From Malacoraja senta (lineage: Eukaryota), in NCBI GenBank assembly GCA_038087875.1, contig CM075981.1:82398001-82462000 (forward strand): DNA of 64,000 bases, read 5' to 3'. Each line of letters starts with the position of its first letter. Within the stretch, counting starts at the first letter, position 1. Of the stretch, positions 29,275-43,146 are shown in pieces. Made by a program: the position numbers and the translations under genes. Under the pieces are notes generated by a model. The model did no database searches, had not been told where the DNA came from, and saw only the letters and a list, made by a program, of their open reading frames with translations.

Positions 29275-30525
29275 ATGGACAAGTCCAAGACGAAGTCCAA
29301 ACGGACCGCTAAAAAACTGACTGCGGAGGACCGCGGAAATGCGGGCAGTCAGCAGCGGCCGACTGCACCTGGATCGCTATCTATGCGATCAGCAGTCTCC
29401 GACCTGGCACCGGCACCGGCACAGCCCGAACCGACACCACAGACTGGCGGGAAGGCCAAGCAGAAGTCGGACAGGCCCGTAGACTTGGACGAGTCGGGCC
29501 GTGAAGACTCGCCGCCTGCGGGCAGCGACCATGATCGCATATCCCGCATGGAGCGGTTGATGGAGCAGATGCTCCAACGTGACATGCTCCGGGAAACGGA
29601 GTCTTGTCACCATGGGTCTCCTAGGACACCCATGGCAGCACCTTATACAGGGCTGCATAATGCATCTCCCTCGTCAGAGGGGAGCATTAGGAGTCACTTC
29701 TGGGCTGGCTCCGAAGACAGGGGTTTGGCTGAAGATACTACAAGTGTGCTGGGGGTGCAGGAACAACAGAAGCTGCTCGGCATGGTCTCCAAATTTGCGA
29801 TGCCTACGCAAACAGGGCAGGCGTTACAGCCGCAGCTGGCAGCCAGCTTCGATTACCTCTCCTTCAACCAGCTGCAGGAACAGGTAATGAACGAGACAAC
29901 TGCTAAATACCTAGCACCAGAGAACTGTGTCTCCCTTAATGTTCCTGCGGTGAACAGCTCTATCTGGGGATATATCGGTGCGTGCATCAGAGCCCAGGAG
30001 GTCAAGATGCAAAAGATCCTCAAACTGCTGGCTTCCGGGATAACGGCGTTTGCCCGATCGGTAGACGGCACAGAAATGTCGGATACACAGCTACACGCAC
30101 TTGCACTTCTCTGCAACACGCAGTTCGAGATAAACTGCCTCAGGAAGAATGCAATCCGACCTGCCCTGAACCCCAAATTTGCAGGGTTGTGCAAGAACTG
30201 TAACACACAGCAACCGATTCTGCTATTTGGGGGCAACCTGTCGAAACAGGTCAAGGAGCTCGATGAGGAGGCACAAGCCGTCGGGCTCATGAAGGCAACA
30301 TCATCGGGCAAGACCTCTCATCTCCGGCGGCAGCACCCCTACGCATCCACCAGCAGACCTCGGTACACAGAAGCTGGTGAAAGCTCGAAGGCCGTACAAT
30401 CAGGACAAAGGTCTTTTTTAGACCACGGCCCACCACGAACCCCCAAAATTTGGGGTTCGTGGAAAATGCGCCAACCCCGCATTGCAGCTCCTCTACCGTC
30501 CAGGAGACAGATACGGAAGAAATGA
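29275..30525 (+). CDS. DIRS gag-like ORF1 (416 aa, open)
   Basis: First ATG at 29275; APENCVSLNVPAVN..IW and LLFGGNLSKQVKEL resemble DIRS gag. Confidence 0.75.
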   Translation: MDKSKTKSKRTAKKLTAEDRGNAGSQQRPTAPGSLSMRSAVSDLAPAPAQPEPTPQTGGKAKQKSDRPVDLDESGREDSPPAGSDHDRISRMERLMEQMLQRDMLRETESCHHGSPRTPMAAPYTGLHNASPSSEGSIRSHFWAGSEDRGLAEDTTSVLGVQEQQKLLGMVSKFAMPTQTGQALQPQLAASFDYLSFNQLQEQVMNETTAKYLAPENCVSLNVPAVNSSIWGYIGACIRAQEVKMQKILKLLASGITAFARSVDGTEMSDTQLHALALLCNTQFEINCLRKNAIRPALNPKFAGLCKNCNTQQPILLFGGNLSKQVKELDEEAQAVGLMKATSSGKTSHLRRQHPYASTSRPRYTEAGESSKAVQSGQRSFLDHGPPRTPKIWGSWKMRQPRIAAPLPSRRQIRKK

Positions 30526-30544
30526 ACACTCCACTGGTAACTAT

Positions 30545-30754
30545 AATAATAATAATAATCATTTTATTTACTGGCGCCTTTCTAAAACCCAAGGACACCT
30601 TACAAAAAAATCACAGAATCACAAAAAAAATACAAAACACATAATCGGAATAAATTAAATATAAAAACACCACAGTACACAAATCAAGGACAGAATTCAA
30701 TTTCAAGAGCACCAAAAGAAAATAAGAAACACAATTTGAGGAGAGAGCAGCTAT
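30545..30754 (-). mobile_element. L2-like LINE 3' end inserted in the DIRS pol frame
   Basis: (TTA)n tail on minus strand and aaaggcgcc..aaataaa end; ctat duplicated at 30541-30544 and 30751-30754. Confidence 0.65.
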
Positions 30755-32256
30755 GGAGGTAGGTGGGTCTGGTTCCTTCCAGAACATAAGTTCTACACAA
30801 ATTGGGGGTAGGTTACACTTATTTTGGAAGGCATGGAGTTCTATAACTTCTGACCCTTATATACTGCACAGTATCCAGGGATACGAAATTGAATTTATTC
30901 ATAAAACCCTTACACCTAGCCAAATGTTTGTGCTTTCACAACAGGAGAAATTGGAAGGTCATGCAGAACTGGTGAGGCTATATGCTAAAGGTGTAATTGA
31001 GAGATCCCAACACGACTCTCTAGAATTTGTGTCTAATATCTTCACAAAAAATAAAAAAGATGGTGGATGCCGCATCATCATCGATTTGACAAAGCTGAAT
31101 ACGTTTGTGTAGTATACTCATTTCAAAATGGAAACCTTTGTTACTGCCAAACAATTGATTTCCGAAGGTTACTTCATGGCTTGCATCGATTTAAAAGATG
31201 CATACTATTCGGTGCCTATACAGAAGAATCACTGCCGATATCTGAAGTTTAACTGGATGGGGCAGCTCTGGTAGTATAAAGCGTTGCCTAATGGATTAAC
31301 ATCAGACCCCAGACTATTTACTAAAATATTAAAACCAGCCCTGGCGTTTCTCCAAAAACAGAAACATATTGTCATGGCGTAGCTGGATGATATATTAATT
31401 GTGGGAAAGACTGGATTTAGCTAAAACAGCTCTATCAGCTACCAAACTATTGTTTGAGAAACTGGGGTTCATCATCCATCCAGATAAATCTAAGTTGACG
31501 CCTTCTACGACAATGGATTACTTAGGGTTCACTATTAACTCGGTTCACATGTCTGTGACTTTGCCAAGGAGCAAGGCAGCAGACTTAATGGAGGCCTGTA
31601 ATAGCCTTGTTGTCGTCAGTCAACCATCTATTCGACAAGTAGCAAGGGTAATTGGTAAGCTTGTGGCTGCTTTTCCAGCCACAGTTTGGACCTTTGCATT
31701 ACCAAAATTTACAGAGAGCAAAGGTGCAAGCACTCAAACATCATGCTGGTCATTTCGACAGACCAATGCAGCTAAAACAATTTTGGAATTACAATGGTGG
31801 AGGCAAAACATTTGGCATTGTTCCAGCCCCATCATTGCAGCAACCCTTCAGTTGTTACAAACTGATGCCAGCGCTCACGGTTGGGGTGCTACTAATACCA
31901 TCTCCAGCTGTGGTGGCAGATGGGATGCACATGAATCATCTTTACTTCAAGCACTTGGTATAAACTATTTAGAGATGTTGGGTGCGTTCTATGGGCTAAA
32001 GGCGTACTGCTCAAAAATCAACCACCTGCATGTTCGCCTACAAATTGACAATACCACTGTGGTGGCGTATATTAATCATATGGGTGGAAACAAATCGATA
32101 TCATGTGATAATCTGGCTAACACGATTTGGCAATGGTGTATCGACAAAAATATTTGTATATCAGCTATTTACCTACCAGGTAAACTCAATACAGTGGCAG
32201 ACACTAGGTCACGAAAATTCAATGACAACGACCGATTCAATGACCGAATTCAATGA
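30753..32256 (+). pseudogene. DIRS reverse transcriptase/RNase H, disrupted
   Basis: IGGRL..F..AW, KKDGGCRIIIDL, HFKMET, IDLKDAY, YLDD mutated to *LDD at 31380, TDAS..GWG, INYLE, DNTTVVAYIN; stops at 31110, 31272 and 31380 plus frameshifts. Confidence 0.92.
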
Positions 32257-32675
32257 CCGAATGGATGTTGGACCACAAAGTGTTTGCTAATATTGTAGCG
32301 CGATATGGAACACCAGATATCGATCTATTCGCATCTAGGTTTAATCACCAGTTGCCAACATATGTTGCTTGGAAACCAGACCCTGGGGCAACAGCGATGG
32401 ACGCATTCTCGCTGCACTGGGGAAAATTGTTTTTCTATGCATTTCCCCCCTTCTGCCTCATCAGTCCGGTCTTACGCAAAATACAACAAGACTCCGCGTC
32501 AGGTATTTTGATAGTACCCGACTGGCCTACTCAGCCATGGTTCCCTGTGGTTCTCGACATGGTCTCGGAACCATGTATGTCCATCTCCAAACGGCCGGAT
32601 TTGTTGGTCCATCCTGTGACAGGCGATAGTCACCCATGCCATGACTGGATAAATCTGTTGATTTGCAGAATTTGA
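32253..32675 (+). pseudogene. DIRS phage-like DNA adenine methyltransferase domain
   Basis: IDLFAS, DAF..W, YAFPPF and PDWPTQPWF motifs; separated from RNaseH by a ttcaatgaccga micro-duplication. Confidence 0.88.
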
Positions 32676-32713
32676 AAAGACCACTTCTGGATTTTGGGCT
32701 GACGGACCGAACC

Positions 32714-33643
32714 ATGAACATGATCACGGCGGCATACAGGGAGTCCACCAGAAAACAATATCTGTCATATATCAGAAAATGGGAGATATACTGTACCAGG
32801 ACCAACATCACATACAACACAGCTACAGTGACGAATGTACTGGAATTCTTGTCTAGCCTTCACTTTGACGAAGGTCTAAGCTACAGTGCCATTAACTGTG
32901 CCAGGAGTGCCCTATCAGCTTACATTGGCAGGGATTAGAACACGATACTGTTGGATCTCACCCTCTGGTAACAAACCTAATGAGGGGTATCTTCAACACT
33001 AATCCCCCTAGGGCTAGGTACTCCCAGATTTGGGTTGTGAGTGTTGTCCTAACGTTGCTCAGGGGTTGGTCACCAGCAACGTCCCTGTCTCTGGGAAAAC
33101 TAACATAAAATAGTCATGCTGATGGCACTAGTTTCGGCATAACGAGTCCAGTCACTGCACAAATTAAGGCTGGACACGTTGGCCATATCAACCAACAAAA
33201 TAACTTTTTACATTTATGAATTGGTGAAACAAAATAGGCCTGGATCATCAGGCCTCAAATTGGAGTTTCGTGCATACCCCATAGATGTTTGTCTATGCAT
33301 AGTGACGCATCTACAACATTATATAGAAGTCACAAAATATCTTAGAGGCAAGGAAATGGCATTGTTGCTCAGCCATAAACAGCCTCATAAAAGGGTATCC
33401 GTGCAAACCATATCAAGGTGGCTTAGACAGGTTTTGGGAGCTGCAGGGGTGGATACTGATGTTTTTAAATCTCATTCCACCAGGGCTGCAGCAACATCGG
33501 CAGCAAGGGAGTTGGAAGTTCCCATGGACCACATCCTGGGTACAGCAGGATGGTCTAGAGAAAGGACCTTTCAGCAATTTTATAACAAACCGGTTGCCAA
33601 ACCTGCGGTGTTTGCAGACTCAATTTTAAGTTCTGTATTATGA
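32714..33643 (+). pseudogene. DIRS tyrosine recombinase, disrupted
   Basis: N-terminal YLSYIRKW..GLSYSAINCARSALS; catalytic R (SA*RVQ), HSTR, AGWS, FY; several stops. Confidence 0.9.
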
Positions 33644-34259
33644 TTTACCCCGAATGATATGGGTTATTATTATTTTGTTAATAAATTTATCAGTGTTTTT
33701 GAATAACTGATTCATGTCTGAATACGTTAACATACTTCCTCCTTTGGTCAACTACGGCAGTGGGTGAGGCATGGACTCATTCCACGGCATGAAATCAGAG
33801 CTTTAAAATCTTCACGTAGTCACTCACGTGACTCCGAAGTAAAATAGTAAGATTAAATGAGAACTTACCAGTTTGAAGTTTGATCTTTATTTTATGAGGA
33901 GTAACGTTGAGGGATTACGTGCCCTCCACGCCCAACCCTCTATCATAAAGGTCAACTGGTATTCTAGTTCTCTTATCTTACTATGTTTAGTTAGACTACT
34001 ATTGTCTGTGATTTCACACCGCTGCTTTGAAGATGGTCGCGCATGCGGTGTGAAATCACAGACAATAGTAGTCTAACGTATTCACGTAATCCTTCAACGT
34101 TACTCCTCATAAAATAAAGATCAAACTTCAAACTGGTAAGTTCTCGTTTAATCTTACTAGTAATCAGTCATGCATTTATCTATTGATATAGAGCAGCGTT
34201 TCTCAACCTTTTTACCCTTGCGGAACCCATGAAATAATTTTCATGTCTCAGGGAACTCC

Positions 34260-34490
34260 TGAGTTGAGGGTTGCCGGGCCCGCCGCCATTTTGAGATCGC
34301 CACTTTGACTCGCGTCACAACGGTGCTCTCTGGCGTCACAATTGGGACCCGTCAGCCACGCCTGCGCAGCTGGGGGAGGATTGCCGGGCCGGGATCGCCA
34401 TTTTAACATCCAGCAATGTGTATAGGTGAGTGCTACTGGGGGAATATTGTGTTGGGGAAGGGGGACCCAACGGGTCCACGCTTGGTCTAG
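34260..34490 (+). mobile_element. Helitron-like 3' end
   Basis: Hairpin ggaccc-aac-gggtcc at 34463-34477, then CTAG|T at 34487-34491. Confidence 0.6.
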
Positions 34491-34719
34491 TTCAGGGGTA
34501 TCAAACTCATTTTAGCTCACGGGCCGGATTGGGCAAATGCGACTTCATGCGGGCCGGATCAGTTGTGCACGCACATGCTCCCACAGCTTTCGTTGCCTTC
34601 GTTTTTTCAACCTGCTCTCATGAGTCTCAGTCTCTGCTATAACTATAAAGTGTTTCACTTTACAAATTTTGGGGGGGGTTTTAAAAAGAAGATTGCCGAG
34701 CAAGCATTACTTTTATTAG

Positions 34720-34851
34720 GTACACAAAAATGCTGGAGAAACTCAGCGGGTGCAGCAGCATCTATGGAGCGAAGGAAATAGGCAACGTTTCGGGCCGAAA
34801 CCCTTCTTCAGACTGTAATAGGCAACGTTTCGGGCCGAAACCCTTCTTCTA
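34720..34851 (-). mobile_element. Penelope mini insertion with a tandemly duplicated hammerhead segment; 14-bp TSD; nested in a hAT-like element starting near 34493
   Basis: TSD attacttttattag at 34706-34719 and 34852-34865; 33-bp unit repeated at 34777 and 34817. Confidence 0.75.
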
Positions 34852-35429
34852 ATTACTTTTATTAGTATTAACTTACAGTCATTATCTACAAGAACGTTGT
34901 GATGAGAGAAAAAAACGATGCTATTTTGGCTAAGATTGTTTTGGGAGCCACACCCTTTCCATTAATAAACCATATGAAATCGAACATTGGCAGACACAAA
35001 TATAGACCTAGCAAAACAAATTGTTTCGTTAGGTCTACTTCTCCGCCACCATTTTAGCGCTGGCATCCAAGAGAGACTCCGGGTTGTGGCCTCTCCCGGC
35101 CAGTGTGGGTTTCTGGGACGATCGGGAGACTGGGAAGGGCCTAGAACAGAGACGCTTTGCGGTCGGCTGAGCTCTCTCCTCCGCCATGCTGCTCCACACA
35201 GTCTAAAGAGAAATGTATCCACTGCGCAGCCCGCACCGCCACAATGTTGTTGCATTCAAACCCAGCACCCAGCCGCTCCGCACCGTGCAACCCAACATCT
35301 CCCTCCTCAGTGGCACAGAGGGCGATCCCTTCTCCTATTGGGCCAGACTGGTGTTAGCTCGTTTGTCTGGCTCTCACTGCGTTGTTTGTAATTGGAGTAT
35401 TTAAGCCAATTACGCAATGATTTTTTTTA

Positions 35430-35855
<426 letters not shown>

Positions 35856-35952
35856 TTAAAATTAACATGCAAAGTTGGACCAATACATGACAAATTATGC
35901 AAATCAAAATGCACAGATTTGAGATGGGTTTAGAAACTAATATTAAAATTTA

Positions 35953-36141
<189 letters not shown>

Positions 36142-37998
36142 TTATGCATTTAATTTATACAATTATACAATTTTCATTAACACTGTATGGAGCAGAGGAA
36201 TAAATCATTGTTCTTGTTCACAATAGTATCCAGAAGCTTTGCTCTTCTGAAGACACTTTCATTTTCACACCTTTAAATAGTTTTCTTGGTCTTTAAGCTT
36301 AGCATTAATTGATTTTTTGATTGGAAATACTGTATAACAAAAAATAAATATCCTTGTTCACCTCTGTTTAAGAAAGATTCTTGACAATTATTATAACAAA
36401 ATTAACAATTAGATTTGGTTGTTTCCTCAAAACTTTGTTCTTACAAGCAGTTGGAACCAGGATGAATTGGAACAGAATGAAATAGGCTGATGCCGGGCAG
36501 AGATTGAGAAAATTGATTCACAACTGATCAGACTAGAACTAAGAGGGAATTCGATAAAGCAGAGATATGACTTTTAACCAGATATATTTAATCTTGCATA
36601 TCGCATATAGTAACGATTCTCAGTGGACAATCCAGTTACTCCAAGGACCAGGAATTTTGAACAGTTAATTTTTATTTAGCAACAGGTAGCTACAAGTGAG
36701 GGAGGTTTTGATTGGCAGATGGGTGGACAAAGGCTAGATATAAAAAGGAGACAAAACAGTGTAAGATAAGGAATGAAGAGTGGAATGTAAAGCCAGAGGA
36801 AGGGATATAGGTGGAAGGGAATTGGGGGTAGGGGGGCAGAAATGGGCGAGCACCAAGGTGCGGGGGGGTATTGGAAAATGTAAATCTTCATATCACTCGG
36901 TTGTAAGCTACGTGAGTGGAATGAGCTACCCAAGCACAACTTAACTCTTTTTTTGCATTGCTATTTCCATGTTATTTAATCTTTCATGATTTCCAGCTCA
37001 TTAGACCATGCTTTTTATTTATTACTACCATTTGTCACACCCTAAAGCTAGTCATCTCTAACTTGGGCCACTTCTGATGAAAAGTCAGGAACTAAAACTG
37101 GCTTCTCTATAGATGGGTGCTACCAAGCCGAGTACTGCCAACACATTTTCATCTGAAACATAATGGAAGATATTCTTTGCCAATTTATTTATTTTGTTCG
37201 TTGGTTCAAACTCCTAACAATTAAGTAGAAACATAGGCATGCATCTGTAAAACTAAGATGCAAAATCCTTAGTATAAATGACAACAGGTCAAGTGAATAA
37301 ATAGCCAGCCACTAGGCAGAGAGCAGCCATGATTGAATGGCGGAGTAGACTCGATGGGCCGAATGACCTAATTCTACCCCTATAACTTGTAATGACGAGA
37401 TAACCAGAGGCTGGGACGTGTTTGCAGGAGGTAAACGGGGGAGGGATTAACGAACCAGGGAGTCACAAAGAGAATGTTCTGTATGGAAAGCAGGAATGGG
37501 AAGATGTCACATGTGGTGGGATATTGTTGTAAATTGTAGAAGTGTCAAAAAATTATGTGCTGGATGCAAAGGTTGAAGGGGTGAAAAGCGAGGACCAAGT
37601 GGACTCTACCCTGATTCTGTCTGCTGAGGAGGGTAGGGGAGGAGCAAGTGTGCAGGAAATGGAGATGTAGGTGAGGGCATGAACATTCAAAGCGGGGTGG
37701 AAACCCTTTCTTGAAAGATGTCTCAAAAGTCCTGGAGTAGAAGACCATGTGACGAAGGGGGAGAAACAGAGAACAGACTGGCATCCTTTCAAGAAACAGG
37801 AAAGGAGGAGATATAGTCCAGGTACCTGTGGGAGTCAGTGGTCTTGTAGTTAGTTGCAGCAAAGATGAAAAGTTGGAGTAATGTTGTGTGTCTGTCTTAG
37901 TGAGATTTTACTGATTGCTTATTTCATTTGCATATGCAGTTTAAAAACTCGGATTTACTAGTCTAGTTACATTTAAAATCGATGTTAACTAATATTTA

Positions 37999-38124
<126 letters not shown>

Positions 38125-38222
38125 TCAATATTAACTGTGTTCAAATTTCACATTTGTATTCCGAATAATGAAAGAATCCATACATTTGAATGCTCAAATA
38201 ATGAGAAAAATAATAATTCTAC

Positions 38223-38310
38223 CTTTGCAGAAGGTCATTTGGCAAAGACGTAGAAACAGTCTGTAGGCTGCTGCAGGCTTGTAAGCAGATAGAAGCATCT
38301 TCATGAACAG
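38223..38310 (-). CDS. smg1: SMG1 exon (VHEDASICLQACSSL...DLLQR)
   Basis: 88 nt, AG/GT flanks. Confidence 0.94.
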
Positions 38311-38373
38311 CTGCATTTAAAAAAAAGCAGGATAAGAGTTCCAACTTTTAACAACATGACAATTTAATTACTA

Positions 38374-38860
<487 letters not shown>

Positions 38861-39289
38861 TCAAAATTGCCAGATAAGTTCTTTCCAAAAAGTTGCATAT
38901 TAAATGGGCAACTTAATATTTTTGTAAAATTTCTAAACATAGTACAGGTGATCTCTTTATTTACCTATAGAGCTTTAAGGTAGAAAAAGTTACGACTTTG
39001 GGTGAACGCATGCCAAATACCATAAGTCGGCAATTTTACACTACACCCAAGAGTTTAATTTACCCATCAGTCCTAAACTTCCAATATCTTTTTTGGCATG
39101 CCTTAATTTATTTTGACCAAGTTTTGTTTAGAGATACAACGTGGAAACGCGGCCCGTTGGCCCATTAAGTCCAAGCCGACTAGCGATCCTACACACTAGG
39201 GACAATTTCCACCTACAAACCTGCACGTCTTTGGAATGTGGAAGGAAACCGGAGCACCTGAAGGAAACTGACAAAGTCATAGAGATAAC

Positions 39290-39918
39290 TCCTCTTCATA
39301 ACAAGAGGAGTTGAGTATAGGAGCAGAGAGGTCCTTCTGCAGTTGTATAGGGCCCTAGTGAGACCACACCTGAAGTATTGTGTGCAATTTTTGTCTACAA
39401 ATTTGAGGAAGGACATTCTTGCTATTGAGGGAGTGCAGCAGCGTAGGTTCACGAGGTTAATTCCCGGGATTGCGGGACTGTCATGTGTTGATAGAGTGGA
39501 GTGGCTGGGCTTGAATACTCTGGAATTTAGGATGAGAGGGGATCTTATTGAAACATATAAGATTGTTAAAGGTTTGAACACCCTAGAGGCAGAAACATGT
39601 TCCCGATGTTGGGGGGGTCCAGAATCACGGGCCAGTTTAAGAATAAGGGGTAAGCCATTTAGAACAGAGATGAGGAAAAACTTTTTCACAGAGGTTTGTG
39701 AATCTGTGGAATACTCCGCCTCAGAAGGCAGTGGAGGCCATTTCTCTGGATGCTTTCAAGAGAGAGTTAGATAGAGCTCTTAAAGATAGCGGAGTCAGAG
39801 GATATGGTGATAAGGCAGGAACGTGGTACTGATTGTTGATGATCAGCCATGATCACAGTGAATGCCGGTGCTGGCTCAAAGGGCCAAATTGGCCTACTCC
39901 TGCACTTATTGTCTGTTG
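39290..39918 (+). mobile_element. HER1/CR1 3' fragment inserted in a minus-strand V-SINE (39125-39290 and 39919-40002)
   Basis: ORF 39343..39774 LVRPHLKYCVQF; SINE halves on either side. Confidence 0.8.
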
Positions 39919-40043
39919 TTTAACTCCGTACAGACAGCACCCATAGTCAGGATCGTACTCAGGTCTCTGGAGCTGTAAGGCAGCAATGCTACTGCTGTGC
40001 CAATTTCTTAATACACTAAACTAATATTTCCTAACCAATTTCA

Positions 40044-40271
<228 letters not shown>

Positions 40272-40318
40272 TTACAAAGATATATTTTTGAAATTTCAAA
40301 ATATACTTTTTTATTTCA

Positions 40319-40618
<300 letters not shown>

Positions 40619-41346
40619 CTATATAGGAATAAAAAGTTAAGTAAAAATATAATTTCATAACTATTTTTTAAAGTAGCACATCACAAATAATACAAAAATG
40701 CTATACATTTTTAGAAATATTTTTAATTTTAACTTTTGTTTAAATAAGTCCCAAGTGTTTGTTGACTGCAAATGGTGAATTTAACAGCTGGCAAACCTGG
40801 GGCAGGGCCTCCCCAGCTGTCAAAGCAACTGCTGAAAGCAGCAGCTGCCTGTACCAAAGAAACCCCTGTACTGCACCGAGCCTAGTCGGTGTTGGGAACC
40901 AGGCCCCCAGCAGAAGATCATGCAGTTGATCCCAGTGCAGCTCGATTGCAAAAGGCCAGTGATTTCAACACAATGGAAGAGCTACCACATGGATGCTGAT
41001 CATCTGGCAAAAGAACAAAAAATCCACAGGAAATACTCAAATCATGCAGCATCCTTGGAGATCAAGCTTTCCTCCTTGTGCTGTCTTGACATGCTATTTC
41101 TAGTATTTCCCCTTTTTATTGCAATACCAATTCTTCTGTCTGCAGATATACAATATTCAATTCAAATATAGCCTCTTTTTTTTTTAAACAGACAATAATG
41201 CAACTCAAAACATTATAAATAGACCAAAAAGCAAATCATAATATTACAACTTATATTTAATTGTGAAATTAAATGAAAGCCTTCAGCAAGGACTTTAAGG
41301 AAAAAAATGATTTAGGCAACCATCAAAAAGGGTGCTTATATTATTA

Positions 41347-41550
<204 letters not shown>

Positions 41551-41639
41551 TCATTAGTAACACTATTGCCACTGAAATTAGAAGATTGCTGATTCAAGCT
41601 CCATTTCAGATTTGAGCACAGGAGTCTCAAGAGACTTAC

Positions 41640-42520
41640 TCTACAGGGAATCAGGCCTGCAGCATCCACGCTAACCATCAAGTACCAACCGACACTAATC
41701 CATTTCCTGCACTTTGCCCTTTCCCTTCCATGTCATTGCATTCCTAGTGCTCATCTCAATCCTACACTGTACAAGTGCCTGCTTCCACCATTCCCTCAGT
41801 AGAAACAAAATATTCCTCCCCTCTAAATCCCCAACCTCTAATTTTAAATCTGTGCCTTCTAATTTTAAACTTCAAAGAGAAGTTTCTCATTACGTACCCC
41901 ATGTCCATCAATTTTGCATAACTCATTCCGCCTCCTCCACTTTGAGGCAAATGATCAGTCTATCTAGTCTCTTCAACACCTCTCCATTACTTACAGACTC
42001 CAAGTCAAGCAACATTCTGATGAATTTCCTCAGCACCCTCAATGCGATCACATCCTTTCTATAGTGTTGTGACTAGACATGCACAGAGTATTGCAGCAGT
42101 GGCCTATCTAATATTTTATATAAAAGCAAAAAGCAAAGTGCTGGAGGAACTTAGCAGGTCCGGTAGCATTTATGGAGGAAAACGGACAGATAACATTTCA
42201 AGTCACACCATTCAGAATAAAGAAACATCTACATCCCTCCAGAAATACTGCCTGACCTACTGAGTTCCTCCAGTACTTTGTTTTTGCTCGATAAATGGCA
42301 TCTGCAGTTCCGTGTCTCCTTAATATTTCATACAGCTGTACCATACTTACTTGGTTTCATACTCCATTCCCTGGCTAATAAAAGGAGGTATCCAGTATGC
42401 CTTACCCAGCTTATGTACTGATACTATTACCTTCATGAATCCTTGAACATGAACGTTGAATAATGCTTTCATTTGCTGTGTATACTAGTCTTATTAATCC
42501 TCCGAAAATACATCACCTCA
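41640..42520 (-). mobile_element. Degenerate CR1 fragment with a nested Penelope inverted mini element (about 42125-42320)
   Basis: CR1 3' similarity; gctggaggaacttagcagg and cctactgagttcctccag inverted pair. Confidence 0.5.
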
Positions 42521-42912
42521 CTCTTTCAGCTTACAGAAATTAAAGCCACAATCGTTAAGATATTGAATTGAGTCCATAGTTGTGCTCTCAGATCCTTGCA
42601 AGCTTTTCTCTTGAAAAGTGGGGGATTTCTGGTATTCAGGCCAAAATCTACGACCCACCCAACACCATGGCAACCATTTGGTCCTTTATCTCATTTTAAT
42701 CCAGAGATGTGGTGGACACATTTAAGTTTCTCTTCAACAGTTGAAACATTTCCAAATACTTCACTGGCTGTGCAAAACATCAGGATATTTTAAGAGTGTG
42801 AAACATGTTAAAGAAATACATTATTTTCTTAAAATAAATGTTAAACAGCTAGTTGAGGGTGGAATCGTTTCACTAAAGCTAATAACATTAACTGGTTCAA
42901 AAACTTATGCTA

Positions 42913-43146
<234 letters not shown>

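Larger units (their letters stand above)
29067..34159 (+). mobile_element. DIRS1-type tyrosine-recombinase retrotransposon, structurally near-complete, coding-defective, antisense to SMG1
   Basis: gag, RT/RNaseH/MT and YR in order; ICR 33809-33921 is the reverse complement of the left end (29067-29103) joined to that of the right end (34083-34158); no TSD. Confidence 0.95.

Noticed and set aside
32253-33643. Prophage or bacterial transfer (methyltransferase plus integrase)
   Set aside because: Both domains are standard parts of DIRS1 and lie between its RT and ICR
34895-35420. GC-rich ORFs 34962-35404 as a nested gene or promoter
   Set aside because: No recognisable domain; more likely the interior of the adjacent hAT-like element
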